Source: Promethearchaeota archaeon
Lineage (GTDB): Archaea > Asgardarchaeota > Lokiarchaeia > Sigyniarchaeales > SOKP01
NCBI GenBank assembly: GCA_019058445.1
Contig: JAHPZA010000004.1
Location: forward strand, 128,001 to 192,000
DNA length: 64,000 nucleotides
Reading direction: 5' to 3'
In this document: positions 10,768 to 20,109 of the stretch, one piece after another
Layout: each line of letters starts with the position of its first letter
Numbering within the stretch: position 1 is the stretch's first letter
Position numbers and translations under genes: made by a program
Notes under the pieces: model-generated
The model's input: the letters and a program-made list of their open reading frames with translations, nothing else
The model's database searches: none
Told to the model about the DNA's origin: nothing

Positions 10768-11925
10768 TTATAAATCTCCCTTTTCAATACAGCCACTTTT
10801 TATCAATAGCTTATAACTCTTTTTCTTATCCTCCATTTTAGGTCCACAAATAATCTGACAGTTCGCGCATGTTGGAATATAGTCTTCTTTAGGCTTGTTA
10901 TGTAAACCGTAAAGAATTGTTCTAATCATTTTAAGCACATTTTCAGCTTTTCTTCCCCCCTCTATAATTGCTCTATACATGATATCTTGATAAAAATCAT
11001 CAACAGTATCATCTAAGGGAAGTTGCTCCACATCCTCGATTCCATAGCTTTTCAAACGATAAGGACTCCAGGTACTCCATTCTTTAAATCTATTTTGCCC
11101 AATAAAACCTCCACAAACGGCAGCACAATATGAGTAAGAGCTTCTTTTTCCGATAATTTCTTCAGTACCCCCAACTATTATTTTTTCTGCTTCGTCTTTT
11201 GAGAAGAATCCTCCTTGACAAACTCTTTCACATAATTTACACATTACACAGGGATTATCCTTTAATGGCTCATCAGGTTTTAATTTAGCATCTGTAAGAA
11301 CAGAAGTAAACATGATTCTCGCACCATATTTTTCAGTAATTATATTCCCGCTCCATCCAATTCTCCCTAATCCTGCAGCCTCAGCAGCACACCTATGAGA
11401 AAATTCTGGTACAAAATCGACCCTACCTTTTTTAAATCCGATTTCAAGCATTTTTTTCAAATTATCAAATGTCTTTTGTTCCGCTTTAGACAGAGAAGAA
11501 CTTTCATCTTTTTGTTTATTAATTAAGCTAACAAAAGTTTCTAAAGCTTTATAAGTAGTTTCATTTAGTTTTGCATTTCTGTAATCAAAATTAATTTTAC
11601 AGTTAAAAGCCTTGAATCCTTTCTCCTCTAAATAAGTCTTAATTTTATCCCCTATAGCATATAATTTTTTATTTATCTCATCTGATTTTAAGCAGAAAGA
11701 ATCCCTATCTTTTTTTGCGAGATATCTTTCAATGCTTTTCTCGTCTTGCTTTAACGCTATGCTTACTACAGACTGAGCACCAGGCAATAAATAATTGGGA
11801 TCTGAAAATAGTTTATTTTTTATACTATCAGTAGAGCAAATACCTACTAAAACCACCCCCTCATTAAGAGCAATTTTTTTAACTTGTTGTTCTAATGAAG
11901 AACTTTCTGTTATGGTCATTATCAA
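10768..11925 (-). CDS. QueG/reductive-dehalogenase-like cobalamin-dependent Fe-S protein
   Basis: SHRCAAEAAGLGRIGWSG...YGAR...VLTDA, CxxCxxCxxxC, WSTWSP, CANCQIIC. Confidence 0.8.
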   Translation of the reverse strand: MIMTITESSSLEQQVKKIALNEGVVLVGICSTDSIKNKLFSDPNYLLPGAQSVVSIALKQDEKSIERYLAKKDRDSFCLKSDEINKKLYAIGDKIKTYLEEKGFKAFNCKINFDYRNAKLNETTYKALETFVSLINKQKDESSSLSKAEQKTFDNLKKMLEIGFKKGRVDFVPEFSHRCAAEAAGLGRIGWSGNIITEKYGARIMFTSVLTDAKLKPDEPLKDNPCVMCKLCERVCQGGFFSKDEAEKIIVGGTEEIIGKRSSYSYCAAVCGGFIGQNRFKEWSTWSPYRLKSYGIEDVEQLPLDDTVDDFYQDIMYRAIIEGGRKAENVLKMIRTILYGLHNKPKEDYIPTCANCQIICGPKMEDKKKSYKLLIKSGCIEKGDL

Positions 11926-11975
11926 CTTTCACCATTTTTGCGTTATTTTTTTTGATTATTTTATTATTAAAAACC

Positions 11976-13508
11976 TTATGACATTGACATCCTTTTAGGA
12001 TAACGGCTTTGAGCATTTAAATTTTCCCAAAATAGCTTTTCCAATAATTCATGACGTAAGTCTGGTTGTGAATCCCATAAATTATTCAATTCAAGCGGAT
12101 CATTTTTACGATCAAATAAATCTCCGTACCCTTTTACGCTATTATAAACTGTTAATTTATAATCTTCAGTAATAAAATGTCTCAACCTCGTTTTTACGTT
12201 CAGATTTTCTATTTCTTCATCATGCTCAACTAAACAAAAATCCCTTACTTTCTCCCGAGGATCTTTTAAAACGGGAGTGATATCAACACCCTGCATATCA
12301 CGGGGTTGACGCCGTGGTTTAATACCCACTAAACTCAAGATTGTCTTAGATATATCAATCGAACTTACGAGAGAAACTGATACTCCCGGTTTAGTTACTC
12401 CTGGTATTTTCCAAATTAAAGGAACATTTAAAATGCCATTAAAGGGACATGGCCCCTTTAATATGACTCCGTGATCTCCCATAAGATCTCCGTGATCGCT
12501 GGTGTAAATAACCATTGTATTATCTGCCAAACCTAATTTATCTAAAGCTGCTAAAATTTGACCTACACTGTCATCAATCATTGAAAGTGTACCATATGTA
12601 TAAGCTATAAAGTTTTTTGCTTCTTCCTCAGTCGTGATACGTAAGATCATTCCCCTGAAAAAAGGGTTGTTCAAGAGTTGACCTAAAAACTTATGATTTT
12701 TCAAATTTCCCACATCTTTAAAACTCGCAGGAAGTTCTATATCTTCTGGATCATACATTTTTTTATATTTTCCGGGAGGATTTACGGGATGATGGGGATC
12801 TGGGTATGAACACATTAAAAAGAACGGTTGATCTCCGTACTCCCCTTTAGCATACCCTTCTAAAAATTGTGTAGCTCGTTCTGTAATATACGAGGTTGGA
12901 TAAAGCTCTTCAGGGAGGTTGGTATCGTAATATGGTTTAAATATGTGGGACCAACCTTTTGATTTTATTTCTTCAATGTAATGAGGAGCCCTTTCTTCTA
13001 GCCAATTAAAATAATGCCCAGAACAAATTTCACCGTGGCCTACTATCAAATCTACGTCTTTAAATCCATAATACGGGAGTGGAAAACTTTCAGTCATATG
13101 CTTACGCTCTTTATTGCTAAACCAAACGTTTCCCGATTCTGCAGATTTATACTCTTTCTTAAAGGGAGGGGTTGAGAATTGAAGATGGATTTTTCCTATT
13201 GACTTAGTATAATAACCCTTTTTCAACAAGGTTTCCGTAAAAGTTGGAACAGTTTCCGACAAATTCACTCCAGCAGTTCTGTTTCCATGCATGTTAGGAT
13301 ACATTCCCGTAAATATACTTGCTCTATTGGGCATACATATTGGGTTTGCAACGTACATGTTTGTAAAGCGTACGCCATCTCCCGCTAACCTATCCAAATT
13401 AGGAGTTTTTAGAATAGGATTTCCTGCACAACCAAGATGGTCGGCTCTCTGTTGATCCGTTATAAAAAACAGAATATTCATGTTTTCACTCATAATAATC
13501 AATTTCAC
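11976..13508 (-). CDS. Cys-type (formylglycine-dependent) sulfatase
   Basis: NILFFITDQQR, CMPNRAS (CxPxR), GKIH, DPHHP, SDHG. Confidence 0.93.
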   Translation of the reverse strand: MKLIIMSENMNILFFITDQQRADHLGCAGNPILKTPNLDRLAGDGVRFTNMYVANPICMPNRASIFTGMYPNMHGNRTAGVNLSETVPTFTETLLKKGYYTKSIGKIHLQFSTPPFKKEYKSAESGNVWFSNKERKHMTESFPLPYYGFKDVDLIVGHGEICSGHYFNWLEERAPHYIEEIKSKGWSHIFKPYYDTNLPEELYPTSYITERATQFLEGYAKGEYGDQPFFLMCSYPDPHHPVNPPGKYKKMYDPEDIELPASFKDVGNLKNHKFLGQLLNNPFFRGMILRITTEEEAKNFIAYTYGTLSMIDDSVGQILAALDKLGLADNTMVIYTSDHGDLMGDHGVILKGPCPFNGILNVPLIWKIPGVTKPGVSVSLVSSIDISKTILSLVGIKPRRQPRDMQGVDITPVLKDPREKVRDFCLVEHDEEIENLNVKTRLRHFITEDYKLTVYNSVKGYGDLFDRKNDPLELNNLWDSQPDLRHELLEKLFWENLNAQSRYPKRMSMS

Positions 13509-13571
13509 ATATTAAAGACTTTAGAATATTTAATAACTTACAATGAAAAATAAAAATAGTATTTAAATTTT

Positions 13572-14684
13572 TTAAGGCATCACACCAGGAGTGGTTTTTT
13601 CTTTTTTCCTTATTTTTTTCTTGTAATCCTTGTAATAGAGTCGTTTATGTTTTGCGGGCATCTTCTCAAATTCTTGCTTTGCCTTGTCAGGAGGCAATAC
13701 AACAATCTCTCCATCTTCCTTTTGAATAATACATCCAGAGTTTTTTAATATCTTGTAATTTTTTGCGGTCTCAGCAGGATCTCCCCAGCAAATTAAATTA
13801 CAGTTTCCACAAGTAAGTTGAATTTTTCCTTGATCACCATAAGAGGCAGGATTATATCCTTTGGAATGATCTTTAATAAGTGGTCTTTTTGGTTGAGCAG
13901 TCATACCAAGCGTAATAAGGCGATTGACTTCATAATCGTCTTCTGGATTATCATATCGACCTGGACTCCATGTAGACCATTGTCCACTGTTATGTAATCC
14001 ATTAATTCCTCCACAAACTAATACACATCTCAGCTTGTTAATTCTTTTAGCATATGAAAAAGTATATCCCCCTAGAGTTACTGAAGTTTCTTCTTCATCA
14101 GAGAACATACCATATCCACATACTTTTGTACACAATTTACATTTGTTGCAGAAAGATTCTTCTGGCGGTAAAGGGTCCGTTGGTTCCAGTTTTGCATCTG
14201 TAACTACACCACCTACAATTATTGGTGTACCAAAACCTTTTATTCCGACACTACCATTCCACCCAAAAGAGGCAACGCCAGAACGAGCAGCAAGATACCT
14301 TAATGAAAGCTCGGGAGGTAATGAAGCTTGCCATCCGGGGACATCTTCTCGATATTTATTATTTGGAACAACAGCTTCGGCCTTATACCCTTTTTCCCGC
14401 AAATAGTCTCTTACGACTTTAGCCAATCGCCACGCTTTAATATTAGTCTCAATATTATCTTGTTCATGATCTGCCCGCCCGTTTGGTAATTCCTTTGCTA
14501 AAAATGGACGAATTAAGTCCTTGTTCAAGGGAATAGCAAAACTTACAGCAGATTCGGCTTCTGGTAATAAATATGTTATATCAGCACCTGGCGGACCTCC
14601 AGCCATGGTTTCAAGCGTAGCAAAACCAACTTTCATGGCTCCACGCTCGATTAACATTTTTTCAATCTCTTCATTTAGAGTAAT
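13572..14684 (-). CDS. QueG/reductive-dehalogenase-like protein (start uncertain: ATG 14657 or ATT about 14684)
   Basis: SLRYLAARSGVASFGWNG, CNKCKLCTKVC, WSTWSP, CGNCNLIC. In-frame TLNEEIEK upstream of the ATG matches the first helix of the paralogs. Confidence 0.8.
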   Translation of the reverse strand: MTLNEEIEKMLIERGAMKVGFATLETMAGGPPGADITYLLPEAESAVSFAIPLNKDLIRPFLAKELPNGRADHEQDNIETNIKAWRLAKVVRDYLREKGYKAEAVVPNNKYREDVPGWQASLPPELSLRYLAARSGVASFGWNGSVGIKGFGTPIIVGGVVTDAKLEPTDPLPPEESFCNKCKLCTKVCGYGMFSDEEETSVTLGGYTFSYAKRINKLRCVLVCGGINGLHNSGQWSTWSPGRYDNPEDDYEVNRLITLGMTAQPKRPLIKDHSKGYNPASYGDQGKIQLTCGNCNLICWGDPAETAKNYKILKNSGCIIQKEDGEIVVLPPDKAKQEFEKMPAKHKRLYYKDYKKKIRKKEKTTPGVMP

Positions 14685-14775
14685 AATTAAACCACTATTT
14701 TTTTGGTAATTTTGATAAAATCAAAAAAAATTAAATCATATTATTAATATTATAAATTTAACTTCTATAAAAAAG

Positions 14776-14787
14776 TTTACACTGGCG
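14776..14787. promoter_or_regulatory. Repeated TTTACAYTGGYG motif, copy 1 (putative operator)
   Basis: TTTACACTGGCG in the divergent promoter between the QueG-like gene and the regulator; near-identical copies at 17389 and 24318. Confidence 0.55.
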
Positions 14788-14800
14788 TATACTTACAGAA

Positions 14801-15505
14801 ATGTCAGAAAAGAAATTAAAAAAAACTAGAAAAGGTATAAACTGGGCAGATGAGATTCTCAATTATCTAAAAGAGAATCCATTTGGAGTAACAATTACTG
14901 ATATTGCTGAAGGTATGGATCCTCAAACAACTAGAGTTACAGTTCATAAATATATCAAACTCTTACTTAAACAAGGAAAAGTATTTGCCAGAGAAGTTGG
15001 TGTCTATAACCTTTATTATAGTTCTGAAAGAATGTTCCTACCTCTAAATTTTGTAAGTAAATTTTACAACGGAATTTTGACGGGGCTTAAAGCGAAATTT
15101 TCAAATAAGAAAGAATTTAAAGAACTTGGTTATGTTGTCTCCGATGTGATGATCAGAGAACTAATAGAACAATTTCCTAAATCTTTACGAGACCAAATCA
15201 AATCATTTAAGGATTTTTTACAATATTTTGCGAAGTTATATCCATATTTAGACATTGTTCCCGACAGTAACTTAATTATTGAAGAAGACATTAGTGAAGA
15301 TGGAAATAAGGCAATATTTCATTTTAAAAATACTAAACTTTTTAACCTCTCTAAGGATTTTGAATACCACTTTTACATACTTACGGGAATGATGGAACGC
15401 TCGCTCTCAAGAATATTCCGAATAAAATTAGCTGTCGAAATTGAATCAATTAACATTGACGAAAAAAGCGTTAAAATTTCTGTGGCAAAAATAAAGGACA
15501 ATTAA
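14801..15505 (+). CDS. Winged-HTH transcriptional regulator with C-terminal V4R-like domain
   Basis: ILNYLKENPFGVTITDIA...RVTVHKYIKLL HTH; C-terminal HFYILTGMMERSL...VEIESI. Confidence 0.75.
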   Translation: MSEKKLKKTRKGINWADEILNYLKENPFGVTITDIAEGMDPQTTRVTVHKYIKLLLKQGKVFAREVGVYNLYYSSERMFLPLNFVSKFYNGILTGLKAKFSNKKEFKELGYVVSDVMIRELIEQFPKSLRDQIKSFKDFLQYFAKLYPYLDIVPDSNLIIEEDISEDGNKAIFHFKNTKLFNLSKDFEYHFYILTGMMERSLSRIFRIKLAVEIESINIDEKSVKISVAKIKDN

Positions 15506-15539
15506 ATTCAAAAATAAAATAAAAATACAAGTTTATTTA

Positions 15540-16367
15540 TTATTCTTGTTTTAGCTTCTTATCGATAACTTCGCGCATATATTTAAAACCAGGCGTTAAA
15601 TTTTCGTCTAAGTTGAGGGGAAGAATTTGTCTTAACGGAAGTTTCAACCCTTGACCTCCACCTACTTTAAACATGTTTTCAAGCACATAAAAAACGTATT
15701 TAGCTGGCATTCCAATGGCCAATTCGTGGTCTTGAATCCCGGCAAATGAACGATCACCGGCACCGGGAATGACGATCTGAGGTTTTCGAGTGATAAAGGG
15801 CATGAAACCACCTTTTGCACATGATTCTCCAAAACCTTCGAAGGATGATCGGATTGAATATTTACTCTTATGCTCATAGGTTAAAGCATGTATAAGATAT
15901 GTTAATTGACGGCCATCACCATAGGTTAATACAGTATCGGGAACAATTAGAGTCTCCGGTAAGGGCGAACAGACTACTCCTCGATAACCTAAAGCTATGA
16001 CATTCTTGAAATTTTTTGCATATTGTTCCGAAGCTCTCCTTCTTTCTGCTTGCGGATCTTTCGACCATCCTTGACGAATTTGGCTTTCAATAAATTCTTC
16101 TTCGCTAATATCAACCCATCCGTGCCCTACTGAAGATGGTGTGCAGAAATTGTCTGCCGAAGTTATGGCATAAGTACCACCAAAACGGCGGGCTTGAGTG
16201 AAAGCTTGACATATTGACATTTTATGCCCTTTAAGTATTGGTCTAATTGCTTTATCCGGGATCTCCTTAAGATCTTTAATATACTTTATCGCAACCGGGT
16301 AAGTGGCAAGATGTAGTTTATCATATAATTCCTGGCCAGCTTTTCGGTATTCTTCTATACTTGTCAT
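15540..16367 (-). CDS. DUF169 family protein
   Basis: LATYPVAIK, CQAFTQARR, GESC, PGAGDR, DHELAIG. Confidence 0.85.
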   Translation of the reverse strand: MTSIEEYRKAGQELYDKLHLATYPVAIKYIKDLKEIPDKAIRPILKGHKMSICQAFTQARRFGGTYAITSADNFCTPSSVGHGWVDISEEEFIESQIRQGWSKDPQAERRRASEQYAKNFKNVIALGYRGVVCSPLPETLIVPDTVLTYGDGRQLTYLIHALTYEHKSKYSIRSSFEGFGESCAKGGFMPFITRKPQIVIPGAGDRSFAGIQDHELAIGMPAKYVFYVLENMFKVGGGQGLKLPLRQILPLNLDENLTPGFKYMREVIDKKLKQE

Positions 16368-16457
16368 AATTCTTTTTCACAATTTATTTCGTTTTGATTT
16401 CTTTTTTTTTTTAAATGTAATTCTTATTTTTTACATAAATTTTGAGTTAAAAACAGA

Positions 16458-17324
16458 TTAATTATTTTGTTTTGATTTTTTTGGAATTCCTGGAGGACAT
16501 ACTTTCAAGCACACAGAACAATAACTTCTTTCCGCTAAAGTTTCCATGCACTTTTGCCAGTCTATGTGCGTGAGGACCCCTCCTTTTTTTTCAATAGGCT
16601 TTTTATACACGGCATTTGCTAGACAATCTTCTACACAGATTCCACAGTTTTTACAAAAATTTTCTAATTCGCTAAGATCTCTTTTGTTGGTTTCTGGTAT
16701 CTCAGCATCAGTCGTAATTATCCCCCATCTTTGCCTTGGTCCAAATTCAGGTGTAATAGTAATACCGTTTTGACCTTTTATTCCTAAATGTGCTGCTACA
16801 ACATGTGGCCCAACTAATAGTTTTCCTCCAAATGGAACATGGGACTCGCTTTTATATCCTTGTTCTTGTAGATATGTGGTTAATTCCATTACGGTGTTGC
16901 CTAAAACATATTGTAATCGCATTGATTCCATGGCAGTAAGTAAGCTAGGAGCTTCTTTAATCCTTTCCCATTTCATCTCTTGTCCAAGAATCACTGCATT
17001 TTTACCATATACTTTTAAATTGTAAAAAATATATTTTTCCATAACAGGAATAGAGCCAATTAGATCTACTCCCACAGCTCTTGCTCTCTTTTCAAAATCT
17101 TCCCAAAATTCCGGAGTTGTTTTTATTTTAGTGGTGTTTTTATTATTGTATTTAGTTTGGCGAGATAAGTTCCATGTCTTAAACGTCCCGCTGGTATATT
17201 TACTAAATAATCGAGCATCTTCACGACTTAATTTATCACCGTCTCTTGATTTAAGATTAAAAAATCGAGTGTCAGAGTTGAATTTTAACTCTTCATTTTT
17301 CCCAATATAAGTCGGTTTTAACAA
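16458..17324 (-). CDS. Reductive dehalogenase-domain / QueG-like Fe-S protein
   Basis: ARAVGVDLIG, YLQEQGY, ITITPEFGPRQR...ITTD, FCKNCGICVEDC, IDWQKC, CSVCLKVCP; no TAT signal visible. Confidence 0.8.
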   Translation of the reverse strand: MLKPTYIGKNEELKFNSDTRFFNLKSRDGDKLSREDARLFSKYTSGTFKTWNLSRQTKYNNKNTTKIKTTPEFWEDFEKRARAVGVDLIGSIPVMEKYIFYNLKVYGKNAVILGQEMKWERIKEAPSLLTAMESMRLQYVLGNTVMELTTYLQEQGYKSESHVPFGGKLLVGPHVVAAHLGIKGQNGITITPEFGPRQRWGIITTDAEIPETNKRDLSELENFCKNCGICVEDCLANAVYKKPIEKKGGVLTHIDWQKCMETLAERSYCSVCLKVCPPGIPKKSKQNN

Positions 17325-17388
17325 TATTATTTAGCTCAATTATCATTAATTCCAGCTTGAATAATATAAATTAAATTTGTTTAAAAAC

Positions 17389-17400
17389 TTTACATTGGCG
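17389..17400. promoter_or_regulatory. Repeated TTTACAYTGGYG motif, copy 2
   Basis: TTTACATTGGCG upstream of 16458..17324, with flanks similar to copy 1. Confidence 0.55.
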
Positions 17401-17478
17401 CATAGTTTCACAAAAATGTAAAAAGAATAATTAAAATAAAATGTTGAAACTGATATAAACCAGTATTAACAATATTGT

Positions 17479-18960
17479 TTATTTCTTTTTGTTTAATTTA
17501 TCGTCAATACCAGCTATTTCTTTTACCATTTTTTTTCTGGCTTCAATATCATATTGAGATGTAATTGCAATCTGTTCCATTACGGGTGAGCCTCCTCCAT
17601 GGTACCCACCAACTTGTGCAATTCCGCCAGTTGCAGAGCAGAGCATATCTCCAACAAAGCGCCAGAATTGAGCAGCATTTTCAGGTGCGATCTGAGGATT
17701 TCTAGTAATATATTTATAGAGATGATCCTTCAGTTCTGGATTTAGGAAATCTTTTTCATGAGGGAACGTGGCTGGAATACCCCCTGAGAGGTCACAGATA
17801 ATTTCTGCCTCACGATATACATTTTCTCCAGTTATACATCTTCCGACATTCGCATAAATTGAATTGGGAATATAACTTCCAGGACCATACGGAATGAGTC
17901 CTACACCTGGAACGAATACCTCAGGTTTTCCTAAATCTGAAGCAGTGTATCCTGCGGCATACCCAAGTTCTCCAACCATGATGAGTTCCGCCAATTTAGC
18001 CCTTACATGAGAAGATTTATGAATATTATTATATTCTGCTGCTAAAGCGGCTGTGCCTACAACTATATCTCCTATGGCTGGCTTACATCCCGAGTAACTA
18101 TGACGATGAAAGAGACCAAATAGTAAGGCAAGAGCACCACCATGTTGATATTCGCCACATAAAAAGACTCGTTCCCATGGAACAAAGACATCATCAAAGA
18201 TGATATATGAATCTGTAGCTCCCGGCATAAATCCTCGTTTGAAATGTTCTCTTGGTCGAAGATTATGAATGGTTACTGATTGGATTACCCCATCATAATC
18301 ACCTGGGACTGCGAAAGAAACAGCATAATCTTTATCTTCTTTTCTTAAGGCCCTTGTAGGAACAACTAGAATTTCATCAGAAACAGAAGCTTCAGAAATG
18401 TGAAGCTTGCATCCACGAACTACGATGCCATCATCATTTTTGTCTACTACATGAACATACATATCTGGGTCAGCTTGATCTGCTGGACGTTTTATCCGAT
18501 CACCTTTCACATCAGTTTGAGCAGCAGCTGCTATTAAATCTTCCTTTTGAAAACGTAACAACCATTTTTTAAAGTTCTCGTGATAATTTGTTTTTCCCTT
18601 ATTTACCTTATCTGCTTCAAAGCTCACATTGTAGACCGCATTAGCAGCATCGCAACCCATGCAGCGTTGAATACAACCGCCTACTTTCTGACAGAGTTTT
18701 CGTGTCATGTCTTGCTTTTTATGAAGATCTTCAGTGCTATGATGAATATGTGTAAATCTATTTATTATTTCACCTGTAAGATGAGATTTTACAAGCATTA
18801 AATCCTTAAATTCTGGATTATTAACCACCTCAAATGTAGTTCCAATGGTGTTGATACAATGCATTTGCCGCTCATCCAATCTATCAATTTTCTCGCCATC
18901 ATAGTAGATGTTTTTTTTCATTCTGCCTAAATCTTTCATGTATTCTTCTTTTGTTCTCAA
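17479..18960 (-). CDS. abfD: 4-hydroxybutyryl-CoA dehydratase-like protein (HpaB/AbfD family)
   Basis: CIQRC and HRHSYSGCK carry the 3Cys+His [4Fe-4S] ligand pattern of AbfD; QTDVKGDR, HGGGSP. Confidence 0.8.
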   Translation of the reverse strand: MRTKEEYMKDLGRMKKNIYYDGEKIDRLDERQMHCINTIGTTFEVVNNPEFKDLMLVKSHLTGEIINRFTHIHHSTEDLHKKQDMTRKLCQKVGGCIQRCMGCDAANAVYNVSFEADKVNKGKTNYHENFKKWLLRFQKEDLIAAAAQTDVKGDRIKRPADQADPDMYVHVVDKNDDGIVVRGCKLHISEASVSDEILVVPTRALRKEDKDYAVSFAVPGDYDGVIQSVTIHNLRPREHFKRGFMPGATDSYIIFDDVFVPWERVFLCGEYQHGGALALLFGLFHRHSYSGCKPAIGDIVVGTAALAAEYNNIHKSSHVRAKLAELIMVGELGYAAGYTASDLGKPEVFVPGVGLIPYGPGSYIPNSIYANVGRCITGENVYREAEIICDLSGGIPATFPHEKDFLNPELKDHLYKYITRNPQIAPENAAQFWRFVGDMLCSATGGIAQVGGYHGGGSPVMEQIAITSQYDIEARKKMVKEIAGIDDKLNKKK

Positions 18961-19165
18961 TTTTAATTCTCACTTTTTTTGTTTTTATTAATTATATATT
19001 CTAATTAAAAGAATAAATTGCATAAAAACTTTACATCAATACATCAATGCTTTTTCTGAGGTTTTTCTAGGATTTCAGGTTTTTTATCCGCTTTATTTTA
19101 AAAAAACAAAATATATAATCTTGTATTGAATTTTAACGATTAATAAATCTAAAAAGTGATATAGG

Positions 19166-20089
19166 ATGTCAAAGCTATTTGATGAGATTGAGGATGTATA
19201 TATTGAGATTAATGGAGTTAAACTTCATACTGTCTTAATTGGCTCAGGGAAACCATTACTTTTATTACATGGTTTTCCAGATTTTTGGTATGGTTGGAAA
19301 GATATAATCATGGGACTAAAAGATAAATATAAATTGGTTGTGCCTGATATGAGAGGGTATAATCTTTCTGATAAACCTGAAGGCATTGAGAATTATACTT
19401 TAGACATTCTAATTGACGACATCAAGGGGTTAAGTGAAGCACTAAATTTAGGTAAATTTTGCTTGGCAGGACACGACTGGGGGGGACCAGTAGCATGGGG
19501 TGTTGCTGGAAAATATCCAGAATTACTAGAAAAGCTAATAATAATTAATGGTCCTCATCCTATAATAATGAGGAACCTTATTGCTAAGGATAAGGATCAA
19601 AGAAGAGCGAGTTCATATATATTCGAATTCATAAAGCCTGATAGTGCAAATTTACTTATGGAAAACGATTTTAAAGTTTTAAAAGCCATTATGGATATGA
19701 ATATTGAAACGCTAAAAGATCTTTTTGGAGGATTAAAAACGCTCGAGAATATATTCGAATTGCAGAAAAGAGAGCATGAACTTAGTGAATTTGATATGGA
19801 AAAATATGTGGAAGCATGGTCTCAGCCAGGAGCTATACAAGCAGGGCTGCATTATTATCGTGCATCCGTCAAGGATGCATTTACGACAAGTTGGGATGGA
19901 TCGATAAGTGTTCCAACTTTAGTTATGCATGGAATGAACGATATTGCTTTAACTCCTAAAATCGTTGATGGTTTAGAAGACTATGTAAAGGATTTAAAAA
20001 TCGTGAAAATCGAAAATGTTACTCATTGGGTGATGATAGACGCTCCCGAAAAGGTTAATTCTAGTATAAAAGAATTTATTGGAGATTAA
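19166..20089 (+). CDS. Alpha/beta hydrolase, epoxide hydrolase type
   Basis: LHGFPDFWYGW, PDMRGYN, GHDWGG (Asp nucleophile), HYYR, THWV. Confidence 0.9.
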   Translation: MSKLFDEIEDVYIEINGVKLHTVLIGSGKPLLLLHGFPDFWYGWKDIIMGLKDKYKLVVPDMRGYNLSDKPEGIENYTLDILIDDIKGLSEALNLGKFCLAGHDWGGPVAWGVAGKYPELLEKLIIINGPHPIIMRNLIAKDKDQRRASSYIFEFIKPDSANLLMENDFKVLKAIMDMNIETLKDLFGGLKTLENIFELQKREHELSEFDMEKYVEAWSQPGAIQAGLHYYRASVKDAFTTSWDGSISVPTLVMHGMNDIALTPKIVDGLEDYVKDLKIVKIENVTHWVMIDAPEKVNSSIKEFIGD

Positions 20090-20109
20090 ATTCTATTTTA
20101 AAAATAAAA

